Below, piece by piece: positions 42,941 to 57,754 of a stretch of DNA of 64,000 bases. Source of the stretch: the human T2T-CHM13v2.0 reference genome, Homo sapiens. How positions within the stretch are numbered: the stretch's first letter is position 1; the number at the start of each line of letters is the position of its first letter. A program made the translations under genes and the position numbers. A model generated the notes under the pieces. It saw only the letters and a program-made list of their open reading frames with translations, made no database searches and was not told where the DNA came from. The DNA is taken from NCBI RefSeq assembly GCF_009914755.1, contig NC_060929.1; one strand, 5' to 3'.

Positions 42941-45361
42941 TCTCTAGATAGTTTTTAATCTAATTCTCAACTTTTCTAGATTTCTCAAATTGTCTAAGTG
43001 ATACTTTTATGGTCTGAAAAAGACAAAAATGATTTGTAATTACCAGTTTAATACTTGTTTTTCTATGCATTATTTTTTCATAGATATAACAAAGATAAAA
43101 TTTAATGTATCTTGGGTTTTAATTGGGTTTTAATCTTAAACCTGTGAAAGCCAGTGATACACATTTTATAACATAAATCAATGAATTAGCTCATGATCAA
43201 TTGTAGATAAAAAGCATGGTATCTCACAATGCTTATCTTTCAAAGGTCATATTTTGAATATGTGAATATATTAATAAATAATATTGGATAATGACCTCAT
43301 AGAAAATAAAGCAGATTTCCTCCCAACATAACTAAATGTGTATTTGGTATCCACTTTGTCTGAGAAATGAGGCAGTGGGGATTTAAAAAAAGGCACATGG
43401 TATGATTCCTTCCCTACAGGAGTTTATGGCTAACAATAGCAATTACTGATATTCATTGAGTACTTGTTTTATGTTATCCTCATGTATCTGGGGTAAATAT
43501 TACCTGAATTTTATTCATGATTGTTATTACCTGTATTTTATACATGAGACTGAGGCACACAGCAGTTATAATCAAGTAATCAAGTGAAAACAGAGCATGT
43601 ACTTTAAAAAGTAAATAGTAACTCATTGTTGAATGTGGAAGTGAGTTATGCAGACAAAAAATGCCATTTTTGTAAGAAAAAGTCAGGAAAAGCTTCATGT
43701 AGAAAGCAGGAACGGAGTCAAACCTTGAAAGGGCACCATTCAGATGGGCAAATAGCAAGCTCCAGAAGAGAAAAAAAAATGTGGGAAAAAAACCCTACAG
43801 AAAAAGTCATTAGCACGTTCAGGGAATAATGAGAATCTTACTGTATTTTAAGCAAAAGATTCCTACAGTAAAATGGTTGGAAAACAAATCTTCAAAGTAG
43901 GTTTATCATTTTCCTAATGCAGTATCTAAATTCATGACTTTGTAATGTGTTCTCTTTCCTTCTCCAAATGTGTTTTTAAAGAAAACATGCTTAAATGATA
44001 TAATGTTCAGGATTGGTTTCTAAATAATCCAGTGCATGTGTGGTGGGAGAGGGGTAGGGTTGATGATAAAATGCTGAGAATATGAGGGTTCATTATAGGC
44101 TTCTACCTCTTTATGTTTGAATGTTTTCATAATAGAAGATAAAAAGGCACTTAAAAACATGCCTATTAGGAAAGTAGAGTGTGTATATACGTTTGTGTGT
44201 GAAGCCATTTACAAAAGAAAACCATTTACAAGTATGAAATATATGATATATACAACTTTGTTCTGGGGGTTTAAAGCCTCTAAAGTTTAAAACAAATAAT
44301 CTTAGGTGGTAAGTCTTTTAGATGTACTCAGACTCTGGTCAAAAGTGTGTTTCTAACTTACGGACATTAGCCTGCCACCTATAGCATTCCCCTTAATGCT
44401 TAGCATCTGTTGTCTGGTGACATAAAATTTTAGTCTCAGGGTTAAAGGAAACAGATGTTCCTCTTCAGTGAAAAAATAATTGCAATTTTCAACAGAAAAA
44501 TGTTATTAAAAGGGAAAGGAGGAATCTAAGAAAAGGTAAGCATATTTAATCACAAAACAGAGGAAAAGATGATTAAAAGGTGGTAAGTCAAATTCATTTA
44601 CCTTGTTTAATTTTTTTCAGGGCCTTTAAGTCATGAAACCTTTTCCAAGGTACTCTATTGAGTTTTGCACATGCTATCTGTTCTTGCCTGCTTGGTGAAC
44701 TGACTCATGCGTCCAATCTCAACTCAAGATTCACCTCCTCTGATGTCTTTCCTGTTCCCACTCACTATACCAAGCAGAGTCAGGATTTTTGTATGTGCAT
44801 AATACATACACATAACAATGTGTATGTTATAGAACACATCATACTGTACTGTGATTGTCTATTCTATTGAGGTTTTCATCAATCCCCTGTGACTATTAAA
44901 ATATAGTACACAGAGAAGTCACTGAAAAGTGTCAAATGAACAGGAACTTGAACGCAACTGGCAATAATGAACATTTTAACAAATCCAAGAGCATACTTGG
45001 ATTCCAAAGAAAAAATACACATTCAAAAACCAGTGTAGATCAGATTGCTGAATACAGTATTTTGTTAACTCTTCAAGAGAAACCTCCATGTATGGCTTTG
45101 CATATATGCGTACTTCTCAAGAATATTTTGGAAAATCAAGTAGAAAGATGCAAATTTCCTTATATTTATGTTAAGGACCTAGGCTGTAGGGTAAAATAAA
45201 GACCTGAGGTAATTTCCATTCAGTATCCACATCTTCTATCACCTCCTGGAATTCAGATTTTCTATTCTATCAAGCAGCAAGCTTTGAAGGTGCTTGCACA
45301 CTGGAAAGTGTGTGTTCTTCTGACTTCTTTTAATTCTTAAGAGATATACACTTTCAAAAGA

Positions 45362-45408
45362 TCTGTACGACTGAGTACGCAGGTTCTGTAAGACTGAGTA
45401 CGCAGGTT
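45362..45408. repeat. 23-bp tandem duplication, 2 copies
   Basis: tctgtacgactgagtacgcaggt / tctgtaagactgagtacgcaggt. Confidence 0.9.
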
Positions 45409-47579
45409 ATCTTGACCATTACTCTGAGAGCTATGTCATTCTTCTAAAACATGGCAATGGAGGCCTCCAAACGATTTGTCATCAAGGGCTCTTTTACTAA
45501 CCCTCTGCATTGTAGACTTATCTGACAACTCATAATCAATAAGATCTTTTGATATGCTTGAAACAACTAGTGTTATTGAACTGAGTTAATTTACCCAAAC
45601 CGGAAGGATATAAACTTGAGTCAGTTACTTTATTTGATCATTTTGAAGTAAATCACATTTGGTTAGGTGTTTTGAAATAATAAAAATAATTCACAGACTT
45701 TATTTGGCCACCACTACAGGAGATGCAATAATTAATCAATGAATAGATGCAAGGTCAATACAAAGCTAAGGAAGGGGTCTAGACATGAAATTACTTACAA
45801 TGTTGACAAACCTCTAAAAAATGTTCTATTTTCAAGTCTATTTGAAAAATTAGTTTTTAGATTTTTAAAATCATTTTATTTATTAAGATGAAATTTCTCA
45901 TTTTCAGAGTCATTTCTGAACACTAAAATTATATTCATTAACTCTGATTATAAGTAAGAATTCAATATAGGAGATTTTTAAAAAAGACGAATAAAATACT
46001 TCTAAGTCTAAGAGCTCAAGGTATTTATTAACAAAACTTTCAAATAAGAAATCTTAAAAAGAAACCACTGAAAACATTAGGAATAGAAGAAGGAAAAAAG
46101 GAATTATCCAAGCAATATAAAAATGCAAAAAGAAAGAAACAATGAGAAAAGCAGAAGAAATATACACATCAATATGCTAAACAAGCTGTGGCTAGAGTGC
46201 TTAATGACTGGTTATTAAGCATACTTAATCTGCAGAAAGGGGTGACTAAATCTACAGTACTTTTATTAGTCTTGGATCACGTGGGCACTAAACAAATTGT
46301 TTAGCAAATTTGTTGATTAAGGGGCTTATTTATACATAACACTGTGTTGAAGCTTCAAATGTTGACTGCCTCCTATATGGGGAATAAATTTTTACTGACA
46401 TACTAATTCCTCCAGCTTTAAAACAAAAATTAATATAAAAGACAACATTTAAAAACTCCAAATAGTAACAATTTTACTTGTATTAATACTTACTTCTTTT
46501 ACATGAAACTAGTTTATCCCTTTTTGGGGGTGGAAGGGAACACAGAAATGACACTCCTGACCTAATTGTGATCAAAATTATTCAGCATTAGAAAAGTGGG
46601 TCAGCATTTATCATTCAGAAAATCTAGGTCAGGTCAGCATTTTCCAACTAGTCTCTTAAAATGCAAAACATGAAAATGCAAGAATGTTAGCCTGCATATG
46701 AATGCACAAACACACATATATATAATTTGCCCAAAATAAGTGACCAGAATTGGTTGAAAAGATTTCCACTAATACATAAAAATTATCAACATTTTCTTTT
46801 GGCATTATTAGCGTATAAATTTAAACTTTGTTGCTTATCACGTGGTAGGGTGATGATATTGCACCAAATAGGCAAGTAACCTCAGTTTAATTTGAGAGCA
46901 AGAAATCAGGCTTGATTAATATTTAGATATGAACCCATCACCCATCTCTTCTCAGCAACAGTGGCCACAAAATATTTGGGTTAATGAAGTAATCCAAGTA
47001 TAAAAATTTGACCTTAGGTGAATCAACATCTCACATCTCCACTTGTCAGTTTCATTTCATTTGTAAAATGTGGGGGCTGGATTAAACAACCATTTGTTCT
47101 CACCAGTCATATTTTAAAAATGTACAGAGACATTTTCTACTTAATACTTTCCATTTAACAACTTTCATGGATATGATGAGTAAAACTACAGTACAGAGTA
47201 GAAGCGCTTGAACTCTGTTTTCCACTGGCAACACTGATTTTGTAGTTATTTTCATCTCATTATCATGGTACCTACAATTAATTTGCTGTTTGTGCTGCTT
47301 TGTTTTGGAGCTATTTTATATAAACCTCAGATCTAAAGATAAGGCAAAAGGGTGTCAAGAGTTAGAGAAGGCATACGCAAAACAATGATAAATGGTAGAG
47401 TGAAAAAAAATTAGAATAAATGCTCCATATATGTCTTTGATAAAAAGGTTGGACAAGAGACAGTATTCTGAAGGAAAAGAGCAAAGCCTGCTGTAAAGTC
47501 CTCTGACCTTGCAATCAAGAAAAAAACAAAAACTGATAAAATGTCCTATCATATGGTATGAAATCTAACTGCTTATTAG

Positions 47580-48050
<471 letters not shown>

Positions 48051-48412
48051 TAATACTAAGATACTTGCCTTTTAACTGTGATGCCATTTTCATGGATGAT
48101 GCAAAAGCAATATTAGCAACAGAATTATCTGAACTGCTACCTCCTCACCCACTCCTGACATAAAAAATTTGCTTTTCTTAATATTTTTGTGCAATTAATG
48201 GTATTGTTGCATAGTTGAAAGGGCACAGCATTTCGTGACAAATTGGTTCCGTTTAAATCTTAGCTCTGCTATTTATAAGCAGTGTGATGTTGGGCAAGAC
48301 ACTTGGCTCTCCGCATCTGTTTCTTCATATGAAAAATGTGGCCAATAATACGACTTTAATAAAACCTTGTATGTAAAATAAAACACCTGTCAGAGTAGGT
48401 GCTTAACGAAAA

Positions 48413-48928
48413 CAGTAAGCCCTCACTTAACGTCATCCACAGGTCCTTGGAAAATGCAACTTTAAGCCAAAAGATATATAACAAAAAAAATTTACCATAG
48501 GCGAATTGATATAAACAAGAGTTAAGTTCCGATGGCATATTTCTAGTCACAAAAGCATCACCAAACTTCCAAATCAATATCAAAACCCTTCTAATATTCA
48601 ACACTGAAGTAAATGTGAGTTATACATCCACTTAAGAAAGATTAATAAAAACAAGTAAGATAGCTGGCTATTTGCTATTTCAGTTCAGTGTTGACGGTGC
48701 CGGGAGCCATCCCAGTAGCCTGGAGTATAGGACATCATTCCAGTGCAGAGCACTCAAACTGGGAGAGTGTAGACACCTCAACAAACCCATTGTATATATC
48801 TCTGGGATGTAGAAGGGAACTGGAGTACCAAGAGAAAATCCATGCAGACATGGGAAGAACAGACATGAAGACAACGTGCAATTGGGAATGGAGTTTCTTC
48901 CTCATACACGTTATTGAGGATCTGCTGT
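48413..48928 (-). mobile_element. MER6/MER6A (TcMar-Tigger)
   Basis: cagtaagccctcacttaacgtc..ataaacaagagttaagttcc..ggagtaccaagagaaaatccatgcagacatggg..gaggatctgctg. Confidence 0.75.
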
Positions 48929-48939
48929 ATTTCTTTCCC

Positions 48940-49900
48940 ATCCAATAAATCATCCAAGCTGGAGCTGTGCTTCATCACCCTTCATTAAGTATCTTCAAAA
49001 CGATTTTCCTAGTTTTCCTTTCCTTTCAACCCAACTGCTCATCAGAGTTGAGACATTCAATCATTGTATACCTGAACTACAGCACTTGTTTTCAAGCTGG
49101 TCTCCCAGATTCTAATCTTCCTCCATTTAAATATACTCTATGTTGTTACCAGTTGGTTTTCTAAAATGCACACCTTTTATTTCCCTGCTCCAAAGCCTTT
49201 ATCAAGTAAGCAATTAAACATCATCAAAATATAAAGTCTTTGGCATGGCACAAAGCTCTTCAAAATCTGGCCCCAATCTTTCTAGCCTCATCTATCACCA
49301 GTCCACTATACTTGACTTCTTTTTATTCCTGCCACATTAAGGCTCCATGCAACTATTGAACTTCATGCCTTTTGTTCCCATAACTGCCATTTCCTTTATC
49401 TACGGGATAGAGATTGCTGTCCCACCTCTAGCTAATGACTCCTTCCCTAATACTCTTTAAAGTACAGGTGAGAGAGAATTACTTCTTTCTTGGGGACATC
49501 TCTCAAGCAGTTCCCAGCCAGTACTACTCCTTCCACTGTGTTTAATGATTTTCTACATATCTTCTGCTATAAGAGGAGAGAAAATACTTCACATCTATTC
49601 TCTGGAGACTCAGTTTAATTATGAAATGTGGGCAATCATTCCTGCTTTGCAGAGTTTGTGAAAATCATTTAGTGCACCAAGAAAAAGACATGAAAATAAA
49701 CTCCCTTACAGTTAACCAAGTAAAGGATCGGAACTGGAAATGATTCTAACTCTGTCTGGCTCAGTCTAAACCCATGCTCTCTCTACTACATGTGTTGTCT
49801 TGCTACAACATAGCAGACAACAGATGGAATTTACTTATTTAATAATTTCCCCCACTGGACTGTGAAATCCTTGAAGACACTGAGCATGTTTGTATCCCCA
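48940..49900 (+). mobile_element. L2 fragments
   Basis: cctgaactacagc..ggtctccc..ttccctgctccaaagcc..ttggcatggcacaaagctcttcaaaatctggcccc. Confidence 0.55.
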
Positions 49901-49904
49901 GATT

Positions 49905-50180
<276 letters not shown>

Positions 50181-50594
50181 CAGACTCTTAATGGAGTAAT
50201 AACTCCAGCTGGCACTGTGACTGTAGAGATTAAAATACCTAGTCTTTAAGAATTCTGCCTAGAGAGGGAGAAATGCAGGCAACACCTTATTGCTGTTTTC
50301 TGTGAAAAGGGTTATGCTAGAGGGATACTGGAAGTATACATATGAACTAGGAATATCCCTATAGATACCTAAAGAGAGTAGAAGAAAATAGAAGGGGTTA
50401 AGGGAGGCTTTTTGGAAAGAGATGAGACATGAGAGAAATGTTGAAGGATGTTAGGTGTTGGGGGGAACAAGGCATTCTGAAATTCTTTAAAAGTATTAAT
50501 TCACAAGTGCTACAATTACTGTTCATGCTGACAGTTGTAAATTATTACTGCTGATAAACATTTTATCCTTGAAATGCTTTTTAAAAAGATTCTT

Positions 50595-50933
<339 letters not shown>

Positions 50934-52449
50934 TTACCTCACAAATAAACTAAGTTTAGATGCGAACTCAAACATACTGAGACACTAATCCATTTCTTAA
51001 GCTGTTAAGTTAGCCTTCTTGAAACCTCACTTCGTAGCTCTGCAAACAATGTACTTTTGACATCCCAAGCTCACAGGAATAAAAAACCACCTGCCAGTTG
51101 TTTCCGTTTTCCACCTATGTCTAATTTATGTACTTATATTTATAAGAAACAAATCACTAAGTCTTATTTCATCCTTAGTTATGTTGTGTTTCTATCGATA
51201 ACAGCATGAAGATTTCGGGCACCTGGACATTAAAATAAGTTTGAGTACTGGCTTTACAATCTACTAGGTGTGATCCGAGGCAAGTCAGTCTCTTCATGTT
51301 TCACTTCTTTCACTTGTAAACATCTATTCAGAAGTTGCTGTGAACTTGATATTTCCATGCTTATAAACTGATTTTTTGAAAAGAGCCTGGTACATAGGAC
51401 GTGATAATAAATGAAAGCATTTGCTACTTTTGGAAAAACAAGCATGACAAGATAGTTTATATACTGTTGATCTTAAGCACAGTATATGCATCTTATTTTT
51501 AGCTAGTCTGACAGTGAGATAATAAAAAGAGTTATCTTTGACTTGCACTACGAGTAGAAGAATTCAACTTCAGTTTCTAGAAAGATGTAAAAGAATTAAG
51601 AGTGGCAGTCTTCCTAGTCTCAACTGCCATCTTCCCACCAGGTGGTAAATTCGTCCAGAGAAGAAAATGAATTATTGCTATATGGGATTCTGCAGCAACT
51701 TCTGTGAACATAGGCTCATAATTTTTCACCATGGAGACTCAAGCTTTTTGGAGTCATAGTTGTTTTTGGGTCTATTTGCAGGCATGCATCCTTTGTCCAG
51801 AAATATACATAACATTTGGCACATGGACCTGGAGGTAAAAGAGGAGGAAGGCCTGAGGCTAGACACCACTCCAATAAGTACATTAAGCTCCTAGAAGGGC
51901 AATCCACCTTTGCAGAGAACTCTTAACTATTAAAACCTATAGCTTGTAAAGCAGCATTTTCAAAGTTAAGAGAATAAGGTGGAAGGGTCTTGAGAGGCTA
52001 CTGACTAAACAGATGAAAATGAAGGTATGGAGTTTGGTGCCAAAAGAAACTCCCCCCAAAAATCAAACAATAACACCAGAGTAAAGCCCCTAGGGCGAGA
52101 TAAGGAGTTGCAACAAAACAAGCGGAAACTCGAGAAGCGCTAATGCTTCAAAGGGTCAATGACCACACATAATCTACGTAGCCAACGTGTTAAAACACAC
52201 CAACGCATTTTTTTTTCCTAAACAAAGTAGGAAAGCGGACTTTGCATGAGGGGCGGGCTGCCGACCCAGCAGTCTTCCTCGGACAGTCCGTCCTGATTCT
52301 CTCTGGTTGGCCGTGGAGGGACCACATGGCTCCAAGGCCTCTCAGCTCCGGGCCCACACACCCCGGGCTGCCGCACAAACTCCAGCCCTAGTCTAGATCC
52401 ACAACCCCTTCTCGAAGATCAACCGCGACCTGGGAGCCCCACTTCTTAC

Positions 52450-52452
52450 CAT
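52450..52452 (-). CDS. TMEM167A: TMEM167A exon 1 coding part (ATG only; 5' UTR extends to about 52600)
   Basis: Minus strand reads cctcgctATG|gtaaga; joins exon 2 in phase 0. Confidence 0.92.
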
Positions 52453-52634
52453 AGCGAGGCCGGCGATGCCGCAGCCACATCACCCTTCCGGGGCTCAGGC
52501 GGAAGAGGCTGCATGTCCCGTCTGCCCTTCTCGCCCTCTCCAGCCGTCCGGTTGGGCTTGTCACGGCACCGCCTACCAAGACGGGCGGTTAAGACACTAG
52601 GATAGGCTCCTCTCCACCGGAAAAGGCGGGATTT

Positions 52635-52744
52635 AGATCACGTCCCGCAGGCCGGCGGAAGTAGCTGATACTCTCATTGGTTGCAAAACCTTGATCTGTG
52701 AAAGCGGGCGTTTTGGAAGATACCGGAAGTAGAGTCACGGAGAG
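52635..52744 (+). other. XRCC4: XRCC4 non-coding exon 1 (start approximate; possible alternative donor after 52791); intron 1 runs to the window end
   Basis: accggaagtagagtcacggagag|gtagga matches the recalled XRCC4 5' UTR; XRCC4 is the known head-to-head neighbour of TMEM167A; no XRCC4 coding exon is in the window. Confidence 0.8.
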
Positions 52745-54656
52745 GTAGGATCCGGAAGTGGGGCTGCCTCTTTAAATAACAAAAATCTGAGGTTCTGTTC
52801 TTTTTATCTTTTTGCTTTCTTTTTAAAAAAGTTCCCTGCTACTTACCCCTAGAACTCCACAATGCGAGAATCCCCCTCAATTTGTGAGCTCCCGCGACTT
52901 CCTCTTGTGGGCTTTTGGGGATGCTAGGGTTCTCGGCATTATCCTCAGGGTGCGACCTGTTCACCCCCTTTTCAGTTTTTCCGTTTGCATCTGAGGGATT
53001 CTTGGGAATGCGAAGCACTTTTGAAATGCTCTGTGTTGGTTGTGGGATTGGGAGGACGGTTGAATCCAGAGGGTAGTGTTGAGTAGGCTGTTTGAGCATT
53101 TCCCCAGCACTGGCCTGTCCTTTCAATCCCCAGATATTGGTAAACTGTGGGTTCCAACCAGGCATCGAGGCTGAAACGTACTAGGCAATTTGAGGTCAGG
53201 AAAGAACTTTCTGTGGTAACCAATGGAAAGGAACTGCCGTTTGCGGACTGCAGCGATTGATTAGGTACTTTAAAGAGATCAACTGGCAAGACAAATGACA
53301 AGGCAACTTTTAATCAGTAGTAGTATTTAGCTTTTTCTGATTTTAATTATCCCATTAGGTGAGGTTCTACTACACACACACGTTTTTCTTTCTGCATTTT
53401 ATCGATGGAGAAACAGGCGCTTTGACATATTTGAATTTGCGTAGTTCTTGGAATTCTAATAAAGTATTAGAAATGAGAGTTTTTCACTCTTTGCCCCCTT
53501 ATGGCAAGCTTTTGGTTCTAAATGTGTGGTGTATTTTTTCTCAGGCAGGAGAGAGTTCTTTTCAGAATGTTTTCAATTTTTTATGGACTTAGAAGGTGGA
53601 TAGAGAGAAAGAGAGAAGGTAACTCACGTGAGATTTTGGTTTATGAACTGTATTCGGCCTATGAGACCCTTTTGTATTTAGGGCAACACAATGATTAGAA
53701 GATTTGGGATTCTGCTATTTGTGTTTACATTGTTCACTAGGGCACACAAAGGTTTTGTTTTAAACTATAACTAACTTGATATTTGAGTCTGTTATATTGA
53801 ATTGTCAAGAGTTGGTCAAATACACAAATTAGCAAGTATTTACTGGGTGCCTGCTTTATTCATGGATCTTCAGATTGCAGCATAGGAACAAAGATGGTCT
53901 GTTCCTTTAAGGAATTTAATAAGGTTGGGGGAGAGGGGAATAAGAAAGGTATTTAAAAGATACAGTACTCTCCACCTAAGGATAAAAAAAGTCTTTTAAT
54001 GTTCTGTCTTGTAATTCCTTTATATTATACCTTTTAGGTCTTGCCATTCAAATTAAACAAACCTGGTTTAGTTATGGAAATTATGTTGTGCAATTTATCG
54101 AGCTTGGCTTTTAGGGCAGTAAATGTGTCTGTAGACATAACTGCCCTTGGTTTCATGTGAAGATTGTCTTGATCTTTGTTACATATAAAGGTAATACTTC
54201 TGTATGAAGCTCTGCTTCAGGCTACCTGTGAAAAGCATCAGAAAGCTTAACTTGTTAGAGATCACAATTGATTTGCTATATCTATATATTTTAATTAATT
54301 TTAGGCTATGACTTCTTATGTACCTGAGCTTCAAAACAGTAAAGAACGGCATTGCCAGTTTTTAAGTTATCTATAGAGAAACACATATGCCAATAAATGA
54401 GGCTGAACAAATATGTATAATGTTTATTGCATTTATGTAAAACATCAAAGTTAATCTGACGTGGTGAGTTTTTTTTGGGAGGTGGTAGTTTAGCTCCATT
54501 GTCTTACATAAACCCCCTACTTTTTGGTTTTCAGATTATATCACAATTTCTAAAATCTTTCTGGCAGCTTTGCAGTGAATCCTCATTTAAAACCATCTTG
54601 GATCCTTTCCTTACTAGAAATAAAATCTGTCTGTGTTATTCCTTTGTTCAAAAATT

Positions 54657-54967
54657 ATTATTTATTTTTATTTTTGAGACAGGATCTTGCTCTGTTGCCC
54701 AGGGTGGAGTGCAGTGGCACAATCATGACTCACTGCAGCCTCAACCTCCAGGGCAGAAGCGATCTATCCTCCTCCCTCAGTATCCCCAGTAACCGGGACC
54801 ATGGTTGCATGCCACCATACTTGGCTAATTTTATTTTATTTTTTGTAGAGACAGGGCTCACTATGTTGCCTAGGCTGGTCTCAAACTCCTGGGCTCAAGT
54901 GATCCTCCCGCCTCGGCCTCCCAAAGTGCTGGGATTACAGGTGTAGGCCACCGCACCACGTCTGGCC
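54657..54967 (-). mobile_element. AluJ
   Basis: J-type features; TSD tgttcaaaaa(t/g)tattat. Confidence 0.92.
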
Positions 54968-55282
54968 TGTTCAAAAAGTATTATCTCACCTGCATCTGGA
55001 AGAATATTTCCAACTTTGGTTTCATGGGTATATTAAAATCGTATGTAAAAATAGTGGATATTTGTAGTTTTCTGTGGCGCCAGTGCACAGGTGTCCTCAG
55101 TGTTATGAGGATTACATGAGTTATTACAAGTAAATCATCTAGGCAAATGTTTGGCATACAGTAAGCACTCAGAAAGTGTTGGCTATTACTGTGCATGGCT
55201 TTGTCTTTGCTAAATTAAAAGTCCCTGGAGAGGAGGAATTATAATGGAGGAATGGTTGAATTGCATATATTAGGCACTAAAT

Positions 55283-56276
55283 ACAGTAGTCCCTCCTTAT
55301 CTGAGGTTTTGATTTCTGCAGTTTCAGTTACCCATGATCAACCACAGTCTGAAAATATTAAGTAGAAAATTCCAGCCGGGTGCGGTGGCTCATGCCTGTA
55401 ATTCCAGCACTTTGGGAGACCAAGGCGGGCAGATCACTTGAGGTCAGGAGTTTGAGACCAGCCTGGCCAACATGGTGAAACCCCATCTCTACTAATATAC
55501 AAAAATTAGCCAGGCGTGGTGGCATGTGCCTGTAGTCCCAGCTAGTCAGGAGGCTGAGGCAGGAGAATCAATTGAACCCGGGAGGTGGAGGCTGCAGTGA
55601 GCCGAGATTGTGCCACTGTACTCCTGCGTGGGCAACAGAGCGAGACTCCATCTCAAAAAAAAAAAAAAATTCCAGAAATAATGCATACATTTTAAATAGC
55701 ATGCCTTTCTGAGTTGTGATGAAATCTTATTCCATCCTATCCCATTCAGCCCGGGGCCATGAATCATCTCCTTGTTTAGCGTATCCCTGCTGTATAAGCT
55801 TCCTGCCTTTTAGTTGCTTGGTTATCAGATTGATGGAGGTGGTATCACAGTGCGTGTGTTCTAGGAATACTTATTTTACTTAATTATTGCTTCAAAGCAC
55901 AAGAGTAACGACGCTGGCAATTTGGTTATGCCAAAGAGTAGCTGTAAAGTGCCTCTTTTAAGCAAAAAAAGGAAAGTTCTCCACTTAATAAGGAAGAAGA
56001 GAAATCCTATGTTGATGTTGTTAAGATCTATGGTAAGAACAAATCTATCTGTAAAATTGTGAATAAGCAAAAAGAAATTTATGCTAGTTTTACTGTCACA
56101 CCTCAAACTGCCAAACTTATAGCCATAGTGCATTATAAAAGCTTAGTTAAGATAAAAAAGGAATTAAATTTGTGGTTAGAAAATGTGAACAGAAGCATGC
56201 TCAGATTGAAGGCAGTTGGATTCAGCCTCCTCATGGGGCCTTGGGATATACACCCTTGGATAAGGAGAGGACTGCT
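55283..56276. mobile_element. MER44/Tigger7-type element interrupted by an Alu
   Basis: ta|cagtagtccctccttatc ... gataaggagaggactgcta inverted termini. Confidence 0.8.
55374..55669 (+). mobile_element. AluS (Sx/Sz-like) nested in MER44
   Basis: Full Alu; TSD aaaattcca. Confidence 0.95.
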
Positions 56277-57389
56277 ATAAAAGGTTTTAGTATTAAGTTG
56301 GTATTGCATTTATATCACCAGACCACTTTCTCCCCATTTTCTCTTTTTACTTTGTTGCTAGTGTTAATGATAGGGTTGATTTACATTACCTTTTACATTA
56401 CCTACCTTTTTTCATTCACTGTTATTCACATATATTGAAAGACAATTGTTCTGCTTTTTTCCTCTTATCCTCAGCTAGCCTCCCTAACCTCAGGTAGAGG
56501 TTTTTCATGTTCCAGTGTTTGTCCTTTTTTTCTCCCCCCTTGTTTTTATTCCCTTCCCACATGGCTTTTCAATTCAGACTGAAATGTACTTGAGGACCAA
56601 AGTTAATACAGTTTTATTCTGTTAGGGATTTTTGTTAAATAAGTAGAGTTTCAGCTGCCCTTGTCACACACAAAAAATAAGATAGATGATAGGTGTTAAT
56701 CTCCTTGACTAAAATAACCATTTTACTATCTGTGTGTATCCTATAATGTCAACTTGTAAACCTCAAATATACACATTAACATTTTTTAAAAAAAGAAGTT
56801 TCACCAAAAAAGACACTTCTATTTAATGTATGTCTTATTTCTTTTACCTTAAGAAATGTTTCTCTTAACCTTTTTCCATTTTCAACCCCATTTGTTTGCT
56901 CTTCTCTGCAACAAAAATCCTCTAAAGAGTTTTCTATGCTCCATGTTCCAATTCCTCTTTTTCTACCTCTGCATCTTCATTGGTATATTTAAAAGATATC
57001 TTGAACTCAGATGTCCCAGACCGAACTCCTTTCCTCCCAAACCTTTCCCATTCTTTCTCATCTGAATTGATGGCAACTTTATACAGCCAGTTGCTCAGTT
57101 AAATCTTTGGAGTCATCCTTGACTCCTTCCTTTCTCTTGTATTCCAACAAATCTGTTGGCTTTTTCTATGAAATATATCTAGAATTCAACAGTTTTCTAC
57201 TATTTCTGCTATTAGTATACTGATCATCTCTTGCTCAGATTTTTGTTATTACCCACTATCATTTCTTGCTTGGATTATAGTAATTGTGTTCTGTTCTCTC
57301 TGCTTTTTTCAGTCCTTGCCTCCCTACAGTCTATTCTCATATGTCAGCCAGAGTGATACTTTTAAAATATAAATAAAAAATTGTGTATT

Positions 57390-57655
57390 TACATGTAAGA
57401 TTCTAAATGCAATATGTTATGCTAGATTGGATCCTGAAACAGAAAGAGGTTATTAATGGAAAAACTGGTGAAATCCAAATAAAGTCTATGGTTTAGTTGA
57501 TAGAAATGTATCAGTGTTGGTTTCCTGATTTTGATAAATGCACCGTGTTAGTATAAGATGTTAATATTAGAAGAAATTGGGTGAGGGGTATATGAGAACT
57601 TTCTATTATCTTTGCAACCCTTCTGTAAATTCAGAATTATTTCAAAATAATATAC
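57390..57655 (+). mobile_element. L1MC/MD/ME-type 3' end nested in L2
   Basis: ctaaatgcaa..gattggatcctgaaacagaaa..aaaactggtgaaatccaaataaagtct..ttatctttgcaac. Confidence 0.65.
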
Positions 57656-57754
57656 AGAAGAATAAAACATTACTTTTTTGCTTAAAAACCTTTCGTGAAT
57701 CATTTGATTCATAGTAGAAGCTAACAGCCGTACGTTGGCCTACAATAGTCTACA

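Larger units (their letters stand above)
52100..52960. promoter_or_regulatory. CpG island / bidirectional promoter of TMEM167A and XRCC4
   Basis: The only CpG-rich unique segment in the window; ETS motifs gcggaagt 52655, ccggaagt 52723 and 52752; reverse CCAAT 52676-52680; GC box near 52250; no TATA seen. Confidence 0.9.

Noticed and set aside
52190-53301. Several minus-strand ORFs of 62-109 aa around the promoter
   Set aside because: Expected in GC-rich DNA; no recognisable homology; some start at non-ATG codons
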